Source: Thermodesulfobacteriota bacterium
GTDB taxonomy: Bacteria > Desulfobacterota > Desulfobacteria > Desulfobacterales > Desulfosudaceae
Direction of reading: 5' to 3'
Length of the DNA stretch: 24,000 nucleotides
Assembly (NCBI GenBank): GCA_034189905.1
Contig: JAXHTY010000022.1
Span: forward strand, 53,795-77,794
Both the position numbers and the translations under genes were made by a program. How positions within the stretch are numbered: position 1 is the first letter of the stretch; each line of letters begins with the position of its first letter. Shown piece by piece: positions 22,095 through 24,000 of this stretch. The notes below the pieces were generated by a model, which worked only from the letters and a program-made list of their open reading frames with translations, had not been told where the DNA came from and ran no database searches.

Positions 22095-23768
22095 ATGCAA
22101 AAAAAACTGCATGCATGCATGTATTTCTGTCTTATTGCCTTCTTTGCCAATATCACCCCAACGGCCTTTGCAACTACCCTTTCAGAAAATTCTGTAAAAT
22201 TGGGAACCGCGTCAAAAAGTGAAAAAATCTACGCTCAGTCCCTCAAAATCAGCGATGACAAGCAGCACATTGCATATGTATCAAAAAATAAAACAGGCAT
22301 GCGGGTCTGGAAAGATGGTACTCCGGGACCAGTTTATCAGGGCATTTCCATTGAAACGCCTGTGTTTGCACCGGGAAGTGATAAGGTCTGTTACATTGCG
22401 ATTGAAGCAAATCAAATGAGAGCGGTTATTGACGGGGAAAAAGGACCTGTTTTTCAGGCAATCGACAGCCTGACCTTTTCTTATGACGGGACAAGGACAG
22501 GATACCGCTACATTAATAATGCAGAAAAAATGCAAGTCATGATTGACAACAAGCCCGGTCCGGAGTTTGCCAAAATTGCGGATGAACCAGGAATTGTATT
22601 CTCACCGGATGGAAAGCATTTTGCCTATGTGGGCATCAGCAGCACCGGGTCTCATATTCTTGTCAAAAACCATAAAAAACAACAAGCATTTGACGATATC
22701 CAGACCGTCTTGTTCTCTCCTGACGCCAGACATCTTGCCATCGTCGCCAAGCAGGCAGATATGTGGCATGTGATTTTCGACGGGAAAACCGGCAATCCGT
22801 ATAAAAAAATTACGCAACTCTCTTTTTCGCCGGATTCAAATCACATCGTCTATACCGCTCAAAAGCAGAAGCAGTTTGTTGTTGTAAAAGACCATAATGA
22901 ACTGCCATCCGGCCAATCCGCCTTGTCTCCGCAATATTCCCCTGACGGTAAAACACTAGTCTATGCTATGGGAAAAAACAATAAATGGCACCTGGTCGTT
23001 AATGGCAAAGCGGGGCCGCCGGTAGAAAAACCGGGAAAAATCGGTTTCTCTGAAAAAGGGAGTCATTTTGCATACTCGGCATTAATGGACGATCAGTGGA
23101 CGGTTTTTTTTGATAACAAAAAAGGGCCGCTTTTCGACAATATCACCTATCTGGATTTCTCACCATATGACCCTACACTTGTCTATATTGCCCACAAGAA
23201 AGACCACCAGTGCATTGTCAAAAACCAGATCCCTGATGTCTTTTATGATTCGGTCGGCTTGCCAGTGTTTTCTGGAAAACCAAACGGCCATTTCGCTTAT
23301 GTTGCACTGGACACGCAGCAGCACAAAACATTCATAATTGAAAATATCGCCGGCAGTACTAAAAAACACGAACCATTTGATATGATCGGTATTCTAATGG
23401 CCGATAAAAAAGGCGATCCCTTTTATGCCGCCCAGCGTCCGTTTTTCTCTGCAGATGGCCGGCATATGGCCTATCCTGTCATCCACAACAAGAAAAGTCT
23501 CATGGTGGTAGATAACAAACCCCAGAAACGGTTTGATGTGGTTTCCAGGCCATATTTTTCTCCTGATGGCACTCATGTCGCGTATATGGCAAAGACCAAT
23601 GACAGATGGTTTGTAGTGGTGGACGGTAAAACAGGCAAAAAAAGCTTTGACAGTTTTCTCAAGGAGGGAGGTATCGTTTTTGATGGACCGGACCGTTTTT
23701 CCGTGCTTGCCTTAAACCTGCCGGGGCCTGATTTCTACCGGCTTACGGTGAACATCAAATCGAATTAA
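22095..23768 (+). CDS. Periplasmic repeat protein (557 aa) built from about a dozen 37-38-aa FSPDGxHxAY-type repeats; likely beta-propeller or beta-solenoid
   Basis: Track ORF. Signal peptide: MQKKLHACMYFCLIAFFANITPTAFA | TT. Repeat anchors: FSPDGKHFAYVG, FSPDARHLAIVA, FSPDSNHIVYTA, YSPDGKTLVYAM, FSEKGSHFAYSA, FSPYDPTLVYIA, FSGKPNGHFAYVA, FSADGRHMAYPV, FSPDGTHVAYMA, plus degenerate copies. Each is followed by W-x-V-(V/I)-x-D-G-K-x-G-P-x-F-D. Confidence 0.85.
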   Translation: MQKKLHACMYFCLIAFFANITPTAFATTLSENSVKLGTASKSEKIYAQSLKISDDKQHIAYVSKNKTGMRVWKDGTPGPVYQGISIETPVFAPGSDKVCYIAIEANQMRAVIDGEKGPVFQAIDSLTFSYDGTRTGYRYINNAEKMQVMIDNKPGPEFAKIADEPGIVFSPDGKHFAYVGISSTGSHILVKNHKKQQAFDDIQTVLFSPDARHLAIVAKQADMWHVIFDGKTGNPYKKITQLSFSPDSNHIVYTAQKQKQFVVVKDHNELPSGQSALSPQYSPDGKTLVYAMGKNNKWHLVVNGKAGPPVEKPGKIGFSEKGSHFAYSALMDDQWTVFFDNKKGPLFDNITYLDFSPYDPTLVYIAHKKDHQCIVKNQIPDVFYDSVGLPVFSGKPNGHFAYVALDTQQHKTFIIENIAGSTKKHEPFDMIGILMADKKGDPFYAAQRPFFSADGRHMAYPVIHNKKSLMVVDNKPQKRFDVVSRPYFSPDGTHVAYMAKTNDRWFVVVDGKTGKKSFDSFLKEGGIVFDGPDRFSVLALNLPGPDFYRLTVNIKSN

Positions 23769-23784
23769 CCGGGCACATTTGCAG

Positions 23785-23810
23785 AAGGCCCTATTCATCA
23801 GGCTTTTTTA
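23785..23810 (+). terminator. Weak candidate terminator after the last operon gene
   Basis: AAGGCC (23785-23790) pairs imperfectly with GGCTT (23801-23805), leaving one bulge. It is followed by a T-rich run, TTTTTATTT. Confidence 0.3.
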
Positions 23811-24000
23811 TTTATGAACTAGTGTCCATCCATTTCACATGGACGGCACAATCTGAAGTTTCCAATCCAGAAATGTGAATTTTTTCGCAAGATCAAGGAA
23901 AACAAGGGGTTGCGCGGAGGCGTACTGGATGTACGCCGCACAAGCAAGCCCGCAGTTTGACGCAGATATTGCGGGAAAAGGCCATTTATGGATGGAAACG

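Noticed and set aside
23835-24000. Two possible features at the right edge. (1) A minus-strand frame open from the window edge to TGA at 23837-23835 (54 codons, ...LVFLDLAKKFTFLDWKLQIVPSM). (2) A plus-strand ATG at 23929, preceded by GGAGG and open to 24000. Also present: GC-rich hairpins at about 23918-23937 and 23949-23975, and a 9-bp inverted pair TCCATCCAT / ATGGATGGA (23835-23843 / 23988-23996).
   Set aside because: The sequence is too short to tell a gene end from a gene start or a structured non-coding element. The two ORF readings are mutually exclusive and neither shows a recognisable motif. More sequence to the right is needed.

Overview
This is a 24-kb accessory-looking cell-envelope locus from a diderm (outer-membrane-bearing) bacterium. 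I saw no rRNA, tRNA, CRISPR array, integrase or IS element. All functional calls come from reading motifs by eye; no searches were run.

Contents from left to right:
1. A minus-strand gene missing from the supplied ORF track because it runs off the left edge (ATG at 1026, open to position 1). It encodes a signal-peptide-bearing acidic protein.
2. A 13.7-kb head-to-tail array of six paralogous genes (1463-15183). Each has a conserved ~420-aa polytopic membrane domain fused to a variable C-terminal TPR domain. The membrane-domain motifs are those I associate with TMTC/DUF1736-type GT-C protein O-mannosyltransferases. Two gene junctions are ATGA overlaps.
3. A 529-bp regulatory gap (15184-15712) holding three elements: a near-consensus sigma54 -24/-12 element, a sigma70 promoter with consensus -35, and a structured leader. 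The 5' half of the leader is colinear with the c-di-GMP-I (GEMM-I) riboswitch core.
4. Two secreted, strongly acidic proteins. One (15713-16237) has its own terminator; the other (16410-17408) has its own promoter. Like the left-edge gene, both carry a double-glycine-leader-like motif right after the Sec signal peptide.
5. A probable operon at 17818-23768 encoding four proteins:
- a stand-alone, signal-anchored C39 cysteine peptidase with intact catalytic residues and no ABC-transporter domain;
- a SPOR / coiled-coil / beta-barrel outer-membrane protein whose N-terminus repeats the same motif four times;
- an enlarged FadL/TodX-like barrel;
- a periplasmic protein built from about a dozen 37-38-aa repeats.

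Main hypothesis (inference): this is an undescribed envelope system. Sec-exported acidic subunits would be matured in the periplasm by a C39 peptidase and handled by dedicated outer-membrane barrels. The adjacent GT-C/TPR array may glycosylate them, and at least the small subunit gene may be under c-di-GMP and sigma54 control.
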